DNA of 64,000 nucleotides from the human T2T-CHM13v2.0 reference genome, Homo sapiens, in the NCBI RefSeq assembly GCF_009914755.1, contig NC_060928.1; one strand, 5' to 3'. Below are positions 45,022 to 59,058 of the stretch, piece after piece (positions within the stretch are counted from its first letter, which is position 1; each line of letters starts with the position of its first letter). Position numbers and translations under genes: made by a program. Under the pieces are notes generated by a model. It did no database searches, had not been told where the DNA came from, and worked only from the letters and a program-made list of their open reading frames with translations.

Positions 45022-47434
45022 CTTCTCTGATGTTCTGCCCAGCACCGCAGCTGAGGTCTCAAAGGGCCACCATTTATTTGATCTTCTCCACAAACATCCA
45101 CAAAGCACTGGGCGCGCTGCCTTCGGGAAGCTCTTCCCGGGTGTCAGGAGAGGCTGCAGTCACAGCTGTTGTCTTCTGTGTTTGTTGCTGAAGCTGGTGG
45201 CAGGGTGATGTCCTCCTTCCAGGAGGATGAGCAGTCACAGGTTTACCCAGCCTGGTGGGCACAGCCCCTCTGAGGCGGGAAGGTCACAGCGGCTGTCCCA
45301 GCTGCCCCAGGAGTGTGGGAGCAACGGGGTCCCACCATGTCGGGTAGCACCTGGGCCCACAGACCCCAGAGGCAACCTCACTCCTGCTGGCTTCGTCCAG
45401 GGTGTGTCGGCCATGGGGGCCCCGTGGAGGGGAAGGGTCTGCCCTGTGGTTGCCGGGTTCTCTGTGGCACCTGGGGGGCAGAGGGGCCTGGCTGTATGAG
45501 GCCAAGCGGCCCTTGATTTGATTGAACACCCCTGAGACAGAGCCTACCCAGCCATGGCGGGGGGTCTTCAGGGCCTTCTGCCTGCCCCTTGCGCCCTTGT
45601 CTGCCCTGGGCAGCTGCCCTCAGCCTCTCCTGCACACTGGTCTGAAGGCTTCAGGTGTGTGGGGGGGTGGCGGGTGCTGGGCCGGGGCCGCAGGAGCTGG
45701 CCAGGCTTGGCCCTGAGTAAAGCCCTGGCCCAGGCGTGGCGGTGGTGGTGGGGGCGGGCCTCTGTGTGAGCGGGAGTGGTTCTGGGCTCATGTTACATTT
45801 TCCACTGGAAAAACAGCCCCATTTTGAATGTTGGCTCTGAGCGTTTTAAAAATTGCAAATATATCCAGTTTCCCAAACGAGTGCTCACCAGGCCAATGTG
45901 GTTGTTCCTGCCGGCCCTGTGGAGGGTGGGCACCCGGCCCAGTGGGAGTGAGGGGCTGGGGGCCTTGGGAGGGGAGGGTTGGTGCTGCAGTTCTGGGGAG
46001 CAGCCCTGTTGTCACAGCCTAGGGACACTGGGCCCCTGCCACCTAGATGGGCAACTGGGGCCCAAGCCCAGGTCCAGGGAGGTGGGGAAACTGAGGTCCT
46101 TGTGGCCTGGAGCCTGTGGGCCTGTCACTGAGGAACCCTCGGTCCTGAAATGGGCAGCACCTGGCCATGGCAGGCTGCAGCCCACACCGTGGTCAGGGAG
46201 CCTGGCTGTAGGAGGCCTCATCTCCCAGGTGTGCCCAGGTTCTGCATTCCTGCCGCTCCCTCAGGCACCTCCCCAGCCTGGCAGGGCCTCACTGGCAGGA
46301 GGCGAGGGAGCCCGGTGCAGACACAGGCTTCCGGGCTCTGAGTCCTGACTTGGGTCTGAGGCTTCACGATCCCTTTTCTGCAAAGGTGTCACCTGGTGCT
46401 GTAGTTGTGTGTGGGGCTGGGGTTTCGTGTGTGTGTGTGTACATGTGCATGAGTGGGGATGTACACGTGTACTGGGGTTTCCATGCACGTGCGTCTGTGC
46501 ACACTTGAGCAAGTGCACATGTGGGTGCTCTGTGTGTGTGCATGGCGTGTGCGTTCGTGTGTGTGTGTGTGTGTGGATGGCGTGTGTGTTCTCGTGTGTG
46601 TGTCCCTCACTTCCCTACTGCCTAGGGTCAGGGCAGTGCTCAGGGTCCTAGCACCCCTTGAACAATGGGGTGACCAGGACTGCAGAGGGGCACGTGGCAA
46701 GGGGGTCCCAGGCTGCCTCCGTCTGTCCACCCAGGCAGGGTGGGCTGCGGAGGGTGCTGGCAGGCAGGCTCCTGGTTGGCCTAGTGCCCCTGGGGAGCAG
46801 GCTCAGAGGTGCCGTGCACTCTTCCCACTGTGCTAAAGCTTTGGGGCCTGTAAGGATGTTCCTGCCATGCCAGGCCCCTCCCCAAGCTGGGGTCAGGGCC
46901 CGTGCCCACTGCCCGGCACAGGCCTCCCGCTGGCTGGCTGCTCTCCTTGGAGGGCAGAGAGCATTCTTCAGAGTGGCATGGTTGCCAGACCAAATGACAA
47001 AAGTGCCCACTGGGTAGACCGGAGACCCCAGGCTGGCAGCCCGGCTGCACCCCCAGTTTCACAGGAGGCACTTTAACGCCAAAAACATCTGGAAATTGTT
47101 CCAAGGACTGGATTCCAGCCTTCGCCTTTGGAAGCTCAGCTGCCCCTGTGGAGGGTGGGAGGGCCGCTGGTTCCACAGGGCTGGAGCTGGGGCCATGAGT
47201 TCCATGAGCAATTCGGCCTCATGGGTGGCAGGCCCACGGCCACCGCAGGGCTGGCGGCACCCGCTCCCCTCCTGCTGCTCCCGCCTGCTGGCGCTGGCCA
47301 CTCGAGCCGCCGTGCCTCTGAGTGTGGCCCCTCCGATGGCCAGTCTTGAGGTGGTGAGGGTGGTCATTCTAGAACTGTGTGTGCATGTGTGTGTGTCGGT
47401 GCACATGTGTGCATGTAGGTGTGTGTGTGTGTGT

Positions 47435-47562
47435 GCTTAGCTGAGGCTGCACCCCCCGGGGGGAGGCGCTGGCGAGTGCACACACACACACACACACACA
47501 CCCCTGCATGTGTGTGCTGGCGCCTGTCAGCTCCTCCCCCGGAGGTGCAGCCTCAGCTAAGC
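47435..47562. repeat. Inverted repeat / hairpin
   Basis: GCTTAGCTGAGGCTGCACC (47435-47453) is the exact reverse complement of 47544-47562. Confidence 0.9.
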
Positions 47563-48364
47563 CACCTCCCCCAGCCCCACCGGAGCAGGCGAGGAGCCAC
47601 GGAGGGACCTCAGGGGGTGACCCCAGCCCCTGGGGGTCATGTGAATGGGGCTCCACCCAGGCCAGGAATCCGGCAGCACTTTTGTTCCTTTTCACAAAAG
47701 GCGAGCACGACGCCCCGTCTTGCTCACCGCTCAGTGAGCGTTACAAACGTTTGCCAACACGCACCTCCCTCTGCGCTGCCTGGCTGCAGCCAGCCAGGAG
47801 TGTCCGTCGGCTTCCACAGCTCCACTCTGCAAAGAAAACAAACCCAACAGCAAGGATGTTCTCCTTGAATGCTCTGGGCCGTGCTCTCGAATCAGCAGCC
47901 AGCCTGTCCTCAAAGGGGTCTTGGCTCAGAAACATCCTATCGTGCATCGTTTTCTGCCAAGTTTCAGTCTAAGATGTAAAAGTGGAGAAACCAGAAGCAC
48001 TGCAAGTGAAAATAGAATAAAGGGAGACATCCCGTGTGGGAGCAAAGTAAGAGAAGCAACCAGCACAGCGGGCAGGAGGGACACTGGTGCCGCCACACCC
48101 GAAGGAGCCGGGTATCCACACTCCCGCAAGCCCTACCTCCCCTGGGGGCCCCCACCCACCAGGCCACACTCCCCTGCTGGCAGGAAACATGGAGTCAGGA
48201 CCAAGTCACCTGCACCTGGGGCCATAAGGAGCTGAGCAGCCACCAAAGACCACCGTCCTCCAAACCGTTCTCCAAGTCCAGGGTCCTGCTGCTCTCCTCA
48301 ACTCCCTCAGCCTCCCCAAATACTGAGTCTGAGAGTGCCCCCCAGCAGGGACTGGGCAGAAGTT

Positions 48365-49465
48365 TACACACACACACACAGACACACCCACCCCCACACA
48401 CCAACACACAGACAAATATACACCCACCCCCACCCAACCCCCACCAACCCACTTCCACACCTACACCCACACATGCACACACGCACATCTACACATGCAC
48501 ACCCACACACACACCGACACACACACCGACACACACACCTCCACATACACCCCCGCACACTGACACACCCACACACACACCGACACACACACCTCCACAA
48601 ACACACCCCCCGCACACTGACACACACCCACCCCCACACACTGACACATCCACCCCCCACACCGACACACACCTACAGTGACACCCGCACACTGACACAC
48701 ACCCACTCCTGCACACTGACACCCACTCCTGCACACTGACACACACCCCCGCACAGACACACACCCACCCCCGCACACCGATACACACACCTACCCACAC
48801 ACCCACCCACCCCACACACCAACACACACCCACCCATCCCCGCACACCGACACACAACCCACCCCCGCACACTGACACACACCCACCCACTCACCTCTGC
48901 ACACTGACACACACCCACCCCACCGACACACACCCCTGCACACTGACACACCCACCCACCCCCACACTGACACACACACACCTACCCACACACCCACCCC
49001 CGCAGACACACACACACCGACCCCCACACACTGACACACACACATCTGCACAAGACACCCACCCACCCACCCCTGCACACTGACACACACATGCACACCC
49101 CCAACCCCTGCACACTGACACACACACACCCACACACCCACACCCACACACTGACACACACACCCACCACCGCACACCTACCCACACACGCGTACCCACC
49201 CACCCCCGCACACAACACACATGCACACCCCCCACCCCTGCACACTGACATACACACACCCACCCTTACATGCACCCACAGGCACACATATACACCCACA
49301 TGCACACCCCATATACATGCGTGCACACATATATACACATACACATACACACACCTACATACACCACCTACATACACCTACATGCACACATACATGTACA
49401 CACCTACATGCACACATATGCATGCATACACACATCTGCACACCAACATGCACGCGCACACACGT
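48365..49465. repeat. CA-rich low-complexity/degenerate microsatellite, about 1.1 kb
   Basis: (CA)n/(CACC)n with recurring GCACACTGACACAC. Confidence 0.92.
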
Positions 49466-52014
49466 GTCCACTGGCACAGAGCAGTGATGCACAGACACAT
49501 TTCCCAGGCTGCCTGAGACCTGGGTGGCCGCGTGTGGTGCTTTGTGGCTGGGGTGTGCCCTAAGGGGTCAGGAGGGGCTGGGCCACACCCCAAAGGGTCC
49601 ACATACTGAGGACAAAGGGAGCTGTGGAGGACCTTGTCCAGGAGAGGCAGGCTTCCTGGGTGCGGTGTGCAGGCTGCATGGGGAGCAGGGCGTTGGTTTC
49701 CCCGACTGCAGCCACAGACTGAGTGTGTCCATCCCCACAGCTCCTGCCAATTCCAACACTGAGAGTCTGTGTTTGGACGCCTCCAGTGACCACTGGCTCC
49801 GCGAGTGATGACTCACACCCATCACTCATCCCCTTCCTGAGTCAGCCGCGGGACCCTCTGCAGGGAGGCGTGCGAGTCATCGAGGTGATGCAACCCCTGC
49901 TTGGTCACTTGCTGACTCACGGACACCCCCCGCCCCAGCCCAGGGCCTCCCCTTCCATGCCGGACGGGCCTGGGGTGAGCTGCAGCCGGGCAGGAACGGC
50001 AGAGCAGGGGGCAGGGACCTGGGGGCGGGAGAGGCAGCCGGAACGGGGTGGCCGGGAGCAGGGCTGCTCTGAACGCAGACTGCTGGCCCTGGCTCCGCAG
50101 TACTCCCTCTGCTCTCTTGCTTGGTTTGAGGGACCCTCTTAAACCCTGCTCTCCAAGCCTCACGTGAATTGAACCAGCCACCACGTGGTCCCCGGAGGCG
50201 CTGAGCTGCGCTGAGCCCGGCCCCTCTCATCCTGGTGTTCTGGCGCCAAGCCCCCCAACCCACCCTAGTTGCAGGTCCGAGCCCTCCGGTGCCTGATCGC
50301 AGGCAGCCCCGGGCTCCATCGGGCTTAAGGCCACATTTCTCAGTGTTTCTATGAGGGCAGAAAAGACATTTCCTGAGAGTGGATTCCTGAGGTTTCTGAA
50401 GGTCCGTAAGTCCAAGAACCACATTCTTTCCAGCCCTCCTGAGTTCCTGCAGCCATGTTTCCCTTCCCTTGGGGAAAACGCAGCTCTGAGGGTCTGGAGC
50501 AGATGAAGGTCCCGTAAGTCCTACTCTCCCCAGCTGCCAGGGTAGGTGCCTGGTGCTCTGAAGGTCCTGGGGAGCCCCAGCCCCTTGCCAGGCATGTGAG
50601 GCCTTCCCAGCCCACACGTTCCGTGAGGACGGAGCCAGGTCCTGTGTTGCTTTCTGCTGCCTGGATGACTGGGAACGGAGCTGGGGTGTCCTCTGCTCTG
50701 CTGGAGCTGGAGCTGCCCTATTTAAGGCAATTCCTGCGCTGTGAGCCCTGGTGGGGCCACCTGGCGGGTTCCGCCAAAGCAACCTCACTGCCATGGGTGT
50801 TTTTCTGTTCCTGCGGTCATATGGGCTCTTGTGAAAGCAGTTTTCCAAGTAAATATGGTGATGATTTAAGTCTACTACATTTGGAAAAATGAGGGATGAA
50901 CCCTGCAGCCCTGGTCCTGTCTCAGAGGCAGCTTTGGAGAACATCTGTTGCTGCCTCCGGAATCACCTGGCCCTGCCTGGGGGCAGCCACTGGCCCAGGC
51001 CAGCTCCTGAGCTGCCCTCCTGCCAGACTCGGAGAGGGGCTGTCTGTTCCCAGCCTCAGACCCCTGCCCCATGCCCATCGCCTGAGACTGTGATCAGACC
51101 CAGCCATGTGTCTGAATGAGCCTGGCCCGAGGAACAGTGGCCCTGAGAGGCATCTGAGCCCTGAGCCCCTCCCCACAGTGCAGGCCAGGGGTGGCCTCTG
51201 CTTCCCCCAAGATTCCAGGCTTTGTCTGATTTCCAATGGCTCTGGTCATCCTCACCCTGGTGCCTGTGGAGACCCTGGTGATAATGGCAATGGCCTCCCT
51301 TCCCTACATGGGTGGAAACTGCAGGTCCCGGCCCCTGGGGTCCTGGCTCTGCACTGCTCTCAGCCTGGCGTGGCCAGGAAGGACGCTGCCCAGCAGCCCC
51401 AGCCGCTTGAGGCCAGGAGAAAGTCGGGGTGGGAACGTCCGTCTCTGCAGTAGGTACCTGCCCCATCCTGGCATCACGGCCAAGGTGGCCACGCGTCTGT
51501 GGCAGGCCAAGAGCAGGGCCAATCCCAGGAACTACCCGAGTCCTGCACATGACTGTGGGTGTGTGCAGCCCGCACAACAAAGCAAACAGACAAGCCATCA
51601 ACAGTGGGGGAATCCGTGTTAGGGCAGCCGGGTTCTGGCATCAACGCTAATATCGTTAACTTTTCTTTAAGTGTGGAATTCTTTCCCAGCTGAAAGTCAC
51701 AAAAGGCTCTATTGATGGGGGTGTGGGTGGAGGGGGGCCCTGAGCAGACCCGGTACGAACGGGCACAGCACTCTGGCCAGGGCGGGTGCCAGAGCTGGCT
51801 GGGCGCTCTTCCGTGCGCTGCGTCTGCAATACTGGTCATCCCTCTGCGGGGACATGGGGGCCTCTCCAGGGCTTCAGAGAAGGGTGTGCAAAGACAGTGG
51901 TGAGATCTGGAGTTCGGAGTCTGGCGGAGGAGGTGCCCGCCGAGCTGCCTCTCGAGGGAGGCTCTCAGGATATCGGCCGCCTCTGCGAGGCTCAGTGCCT
52001 GGTGCCCTCCGCCT

Positions 52015-54296
52015 CCGAGCCCTTCCCCAGCAACCCCCCAGCCCTCCCCGACCCCTTCCCCAGCCCTTCCCGAGCCCACCCCGAGCCCTTCCCGAGTCCT
52101 CCCCGAGCCCTCCCCGAACCCTTCCCGAGCCCTCCCCGAGCCCTTCCGGAACCCTCACCGAGCCTTCCCCGAGCCCTTCCCGAGTCCTCCCCGAGCCCTC
52201 CCCGAGCCCTTCCCCAGCCCTCCCCCAGCCCTCCCCGAGCCCTCCCCGAGCCCTCCCAGAGCCCTTCCCCAACACCCACTCCCGAGCCCTCCCCAAGCCT
52301 TCCCAGAGCCCTTCCCCAGCACCCCCACCCCGAGCCCTCCCCCAGCCCTCCCCGAGCCCTTCCCCAGCCCTTCCCCAGCCCTCCCCGAGCCCTTCCCGAG
52401 CCTTTCCGCAGCCCTCCCCGAGCCCTTCCCGAGCCCTTCCCGAGCCTTCCCGAGCCCTTCCCGAGCCTTCCCGAGCCCTTCCCGAGCCTTTCCCCAGCCC
52501 TCCCCGAGCCCTTCCCGAGCCCTTCCAGAGCCCTCCCCGAGCCCTTCCCGAGCCCTCCCCGAGCCCTCCCCGAGCCCTTCCAGAGCCCTTCCCGAGCCTT
52601 TCCCCAGCCCTTCCCGAGCCTTTCCCCAGCCCTCCCCGAGCCCTTCCCGAGCCTTTCCCCAGCCCTCCCCGAGCCCTTCTCGAGCCCTTCCCCAGCCCTC
52701 CCCGAGCCCTTCCCGAGCCTTTCCGCAGCCCTCCCCGAGCCCTTCCCGAGCCCTTCCCGAGCCTTCCCGAGCCCTTCCCGAGCCCTCCCCGAGCCTTTCC
52801 CCAGCCCTCCCCGAGCCCTTCCCGAGCCCTTCCCCAGCCATCCCCGAGCCCTTCCCGAGCCCTCCCCGAGCCCTTCCCGAGCCCTCCCCGAGCCCTTCCC
52901 GAGCCCTCCCCGAGCCCTTCCCCAGCCCTCCCCGAGCCCTTCCCCAGCCCTCCCCGAGCCTTTCCGCAGCCCTTCCCGAGCCCTTCCAGAGCCCTCCCCG
53001 AGCCCTCCCCGAGCCCTTCCCGAGCCCTCCCCGAGCCCTTCCCCAGCCCTCCCCGAGCCCTTCCCCAGCCCTCCCCGAGCCTTTCCGCAGCCCTTCCCGA
53101 GCCCTTCCAGAGCCCTTCCCGAGCCCTTCCCAAGACTTTCCCCAGCCCTCCCTGAGCCCTTCCCGAGCCTTTCCCCAGCCCTCCCCGAGCCCTTCCCGAG
53201 CCCTCCCCGAGCCCTTCCCGAGCCCTTCCCCAGCCCTCCCCGAGCCCTTCCCGAGCCTTTCCGCAGCCCTCCCCGAGCCCTCCCCGAGCCGTTCCCGAGC
53301 CCTTCCAGAGCCCTTCCCGAGCCTTTCCCCAGCCCTCCCCGAGCCCTTCCCGAGCCCTTCCCGAGCCGTTCCCGAGCCCTTCCAGAGCCCTTCCCGAGCC
53401 TTTCCCCAGCCCTCCCCGAGCCCTCCCCGAGCCTTTCCCGAGCCCTCCCCGAGCCCTCCCCGAGCCTTTCCCGAGCCTTTCCCCAGCCCTCCCCGCGCCC
53501 TTGCCGAGCCTTTCCCGAGCCTTTCCCCAGCCCTCCACGAGCCCTTCCCGAGCCCTTCCCGAGCCTTCCCGAGCCCTTCCCGAGCCTTCCCCGAGCCCTT
53601 CCCGAGCCATCCCCGAGCCCTTCCCCAGCCCTCCCCGAGCCCTTCCCGAGCCCTTCCCGAGCCATTCCCGAGCCCTTCCAGAGCCCTTCCCGAGCCTTTC
53701 CCCAGCCCTCCCCGAGCCCTTCCCGAGCCTTTCCCCAGCCCTTCCCGAGCCCTTCCCGAGCCTTTCCCCAGCCCTCCCCGAGCCCTTCCCGAGCCTTCCC
53801 GAGCCCTTCCCGATCCCTTCCCGAGCCATCCCCGAGCCCTTCCCGAGCCCTCCCCGAGCCCTTCCCGAGCCTTTCCGCAGCCCTCCCGAGCCCTCCCCGA
53901 GCCCTTCCCCAGCCATCCCCGAGCCCTTCCCCAGCCCTCCCCGAGCCCTTCCCGAGCCCTTCCCGAGCCATTCCCGAGCCCTTCCAGAGCCCTTCCCGAG
54001 CCTTTCCCCAGCCCTCCCCGAGCCCTTCCCGAGCCTTTCCCCAGCCCTTCCCGAGCCCTTCCCGAGCCTTTCCCCAGCCCTCCCCGAGCCCTTCCCGAGC
54101 CTTCCCGAGCCCTTCCCGAGCCTTCCCGAGCCCTTCCCGATCCCTTCCCGAGCCATCCCCGAGCCCTTCCCGAGCCCTCCCCGAGCCCTTCCCGAGCCCT
54201 CCCCGAGCCCTTCCCGAGCCTTTCCGCAGCCCTCCCGAGCCCTCCCCGAGCCCTTCCCCAGCCATCCCCGAGCCCTTCCCGAGCCCTTCCGGAGCC
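52015..54296. repeat. 11-bp minisatellite (CCCGAGCCCTT)n, about 2.3 kb
   Basis: About 200 variant 11-mers, with occasional 10-mers. Confidence 0.95.
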
Positions 54297-56157
54297 ATGC
54301 TTCCCTAGCCCCGCTCCAATGTGAATTCGGTGTGCAGTCTTGGTTTTACCACCGAAGAATTTTAGGAATTTCCTCTTAGTCTGAAAACAAAACGTGTTCA
54401 AAACCTTTCTTCGTGTTTATAGTTGCTTGGGTTTGAACGCATTTTCATCCTCTCCAGAGCCGCAGCAGAGGCTTCCTGGCAACCAAGCTCGTGCTTGGGG
54501 AGGGGGCTCTGCGCCTTCAGGCTGCCCGGCCCCAACTCCCCTTGATTTGGGGGTCCAGGTCAGGTCAGTGTCAGGGTGCCACCCGGGAGCTGGCGAGGTG
54601 CACGCGGCTCCTCCCGCCTTGCAGTGGGTGGGCACACCTGCCTGGAGGTCCATGCGGAGGCGCGGGAACCGCTGAGGCGACTCAGGCCCGGGTGCGGGGA
54701 TTTGGGTGTCTCTCGGAGGTCGCGAGCATCCAGGCGGAGCCCAGGCTGCAGGGGCAGGTCCTGCACCTGCACACCACCGTGACAGGTCCGCAGGTGTGGC
54801 CGGACCCATCTCCTTCCAGCCTGCCCACTTCCTGAGCCTGGCTTCTCCCTGGCCTTCCTGTCAGTTCTGGGGGCTTTCTGGATTGTTCTTTCAATAAAAT
54901 TCTGTCTGTCGCGGCTGGCGGTGGAAGCCCAGGGCTCTCTACTCCCTCCAGGCAGCCTGTTTGCTGCACCACCCACCTCCAAACCTAGGACACCTCACCT
55001 GCTCCTGGGTTCCCAACGCCAGGCCCAGGGCAGGGCAGCCCCACTGCAGATGCTGTGTCCTGGCAGCGCCAACTTCGCGAAGGTCAAATTGTCACCCCCT
55101 CTCGGCAGCCTGCCGGTGTTGACTTTGCTGCAGTTGGGAAAATAGTGCTAGCTGGAAATTCTTTCACTTTCGATAAACACATCTAGCTATTGTAAACCAA
55201 TACTTTGCTTTACACTATTCATCCATGGAGATTTTAAAGCTAAGAATGACTTCGGCCGGATGCCAGCCAGTTGCACTCCTCGAGGTGGCTGCCAAGGAAG
55301 GCCAGGCCCAGCCGGCCGCCACAGTGTGCAGTGGGCACTCGGCCTCGGGAAAGCCACCTGATCCGATGCGGAGCGAGACCCTCACTCAGGAAGGCCGGTC
55401 TCTTTCCAAGAAGTACCCAGTATGCTTTGATGATGATTTAGGTGAAGAAGGCTGGAAAGGGTGGTGGTGGTGAAAACTGTTCAGGGGGAGGAAAGGGAAG
55501 GCCATCCCGAGGGCGGGGCCCCAGCGTCCGTGGGGAGCATCTGTTACCCCTGGGGCTTCGTGCCGGCCCGAGCGACCTGAATATGAACTCGCTCCTATTA
55601 GAAATGGAAGCACACCCAGAGTGCTCCGGACAGACGCCCAGCCTGCTGTAGGAGCTCCTGTGGGCTCATCTGCCTTCGGAGCATGCACCTGCATCAGGCG
55701 ACTGCAGCACAGTGAGACTGATGGGCTGCCCCGAGCACAGGGCACGAGGAACCTTGCGCTTCTCCGCGTATCCGGTGGGAGGCGCCCACACAGGGGCCTC
55801 CTGGAGGGTCCCTGTGGGAGGCTGTATGTGGGGCAGAGGTTCGGATGTGGCCGGATACCCACTCTCCCATACCGGGGGCCCTGCGCTGGCCACTCCAGCC
55901 ACATGTGGCTGCTTCTGCTTTGTAGTGAGTGACTTTCTCAACCAAGCCTGGCCATGGCTCTCCACACGCCAGTCTCTTGAGCTGCAGGAGAGACCCCCCC
56001 AGAGGTCCTAGCCCAGTGGCACTGGCTACTGTCCCCTTCTGTGCCTGTCCCTGACTTGCCCCCAACTCGGCTCCGACTCTGCCCCTCCCCTCAGCCTCTC
56101 ACCTGCCGCCCTTCCCCATCTTGGCTGGGCCGAGGAATCACTCACGCCCTTCCTCGG

Positions 56158-56521
56158 CGTATTAGTCCGTTCCCACGCTGCTATAAAGAACTGCCCAAGA
56201 CTGGGTAATTTATACAAGAAAGAGGTTTAATTGACTCACAGTTGAGCATGGCTGAGGAGGCCTCAGGAAACTTAGTCATGGTGGAAGGCAAAGGAGAAGC
56301 AGGTCCCAGGGCGGCGGGACGGAGTGAGTGCAAGCAGGGGAAGTACCAGACGTTGATGAAACCATCAGATCTCATGAGACTCACGCAGTATTGCAAGAAC
56401 AGCATGGGGGAGCCACCCCATGATCCAGGCACCTCCACCTGCTCCCGCCCTTGATACGTGGGTACTATGGAGAGTACAATTCAAGGTGAGATTTGTGTGG
56501 GGACACAGCCAAACCCTGTCA
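56158..56521 (-). mobile_element. Solo MaLR LTR (THE1/MST family)
   Basis: GTATTAGTCCGTT...GAGGTTTAATTGACTCACAG...GGGGACACAGCCAAACC; 5-bp TSD CTCGG/CTCAG. Confidence 0.85.
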
Positions 56522-57278
56522 CTCAGCTTCCCTCGGGTTTCCTGCCCTCTTCTCCATCACTGCCCCCCAGCACAGCCAGCAGCTCCTGCCCAGGGTCCCG
56601 GGGCCCGGCCTCCCCTGTGGCCACAGATCCTGGCTCTCTGTCCCACCACTCAGGCAGGCGATGCTCAAATCCATCTCCTCACTGACGCCCTCCTCTGTGG
56701 CAGCTCTGAGCCTTGAACCTCCAACACCGTCCTGTCGGGACTGGCAGAACTCATCAGGGGAATCATTGGAACGCTAGTCACCCTTGCCCCTCCAGACCTC
56801 CCAACCTCTCCTCTCCCCTCCCTAGCACCCCCTCACCCCAGGCTGCCTGGGTCCTACACAGTCCCCAGCACTGAGACTGGCCTTCTGCTCCCCTCCCTCA
56901 GCCTTGCTCACCTCCTGGCTGTCCTGGGACAGCGTCTTAGGGTGCTGCCTGCTCATGACTTGCTCAGGGTCTTAGTCCCCTGCCTCCCCCTGCACCTGTG
57001 TCCTCGGTCACGTGTTCCGTCAGGGTGCTGGGCATGGCGCCGACATGGAAGCGCTGCCTGTCTGCTCCTCAGTGTGCCCCTTGCAGCTTGGCTGGCGAGT
57101 GCCGAAGGGGCGGAGGAAGCTGGTGCCCGGCAGGAGATGCAGCCCAGGAGGACCCCCGGGCCTGGCTCGTCGCCAAGGACGATGCAGTGGTGCTCATGGC
57201 TGCACTGTCTGTGACGGGAAGAGAGGAAGCCGCGGTGCCTCTCAGAGCGGAACACGCAGTCGTGGTTCACTTCTGTGA

Positions 57279-57552
<274 letters not shown>

Positions 57553-59058
57553 AAGTGTGACCCCATTTTTATTAAAATCAAAACAAAAGACCTCAGTCCA
57601 ACAAAATAGGAATTCTGAAAGACCAGAAACAGGTCTAGAAGGTGCTGTGCTATGAGTGGGGGAGCGCCTGAAGGTGGAGGCTGGGCCCAGCAGCTGGGGA
57701 GAGGCCTGGGGACGCCCCTCAGCCACTCCATCTCCAGGTGTCTGCCACAGTTGGGGCCACGAGGAATCGGGAGCCATGATGGTGGAGAGAAATAGTCAAA
57801 TATTGATTTAGTACCTACTGGAGTAAAATGCTGATTACCCGTCAATGGATTAGGTGCAAATCACATCATTGGGCACCTTTGAATACAATGCATCGTAAGG
57901 CACAGCCCAGGCTGTGAAGCCACCCTGAGAAGTTCACAGTTGGTCTCATCGTTTTATGTCCACGCTGTGCATTTGCTTCTGAAGGACCATGGTGGGGGTC
58001 TGCACTACTTGTAGAAACAAGAATCCAGTCTAAAGACTTACCCTATGGCTCCGCGTGATCTCTAAATACGGCAGTTTCTGAGCGCCGCGGCCTCCGCCTC
58101 TGCGTGCTTTCCTCGCATGCTGAGTGTCTAACCTCGGCTTCTGGGTTTGCTGCTGCTGTTTCACAGACAGCACCCCACACAGGGCAGCTTGAGGATGCCC
58201 CGCTGCTTCCCTGGTTGTGGATAAGCCAGGCAGCTGGCGGATGGCGCGGCACGAGCGCTGGCTGTGCCTGCTGGGCACTGCCTTCACGCGCTCCCAATCC
58301 TGCCTCATCAGCCCAGGTCGTCGCTTTGCTGAGTTGCTCAACGCTTTCACACTCGGCGGGCGGCACTAAACAGACGCTTTCCTGGGGCAACAAACCCAGC
58401 CGGGCGCGGGCACCGCTCAGGCTCCCTTGGTCTAGCGCCCTGCAGTGTTGCCGGCCAGCACTGCTGCAGAGGCCGCGGGTCGCTCGGACGGGAATGGATG
58501 GAAATGTGGCTGAGGCCACTGTTGACCCGGAAGTGTTTTGCCTTTGTTTGTTAACCAGCTATGAAACTAAACATTCTCACACTGCCAGCAAAATGACCAT
58601 TTTTTCATTTAATTTGCAGAGAACAGCATTATTAGTGGCAAACATCTTGAAGCAAACAAAATGTGGTCAAGTTGAGCTAACATCACATTATTTTCCTGAA
58701 GAATGCTGTGTGAACTCACGGAGTCCGTCTGCACTAATCAGTCCAGTGAACGGCTTCCTTCCTTCTGGCAGAGTTCCTTCTCCAGCACTTCCTCCAAATC
58801 CCACCCAGCATTAATGACATCTGTCTATAAACATTAGTTTTAGTCTCAAATATTTTTTCCCTCAAAACTCAGAAGCTTAGTAAGAAAATAAAAATCACAA
58901 TGAGCAACGTGTCCACTCCCCTGGCACTTCTGGACTTCCGGTAACACACACAGAGAGCTCGAACCACATGTCTTGTTGGCATCTGCCTCCCTATGCTGTC
59001 ACCACGAGGGCCTTGCTGTGCTGGTTGATGAGATGGACGTGGTGCTTAGACAGGCAGG

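Noticed and set aside
48034-49563. HT-rich and VC-rich ORFs resembling the FGFRL1 tail
   Set aside because: Any CA repeat gives these; this is not evidence of paralogy.
51786-54401. 750-840 aa ORFs on both strands
   Set aside because: They are translations of the 11-bp minisatellite, with the same peptide in every frame and no gene structure.
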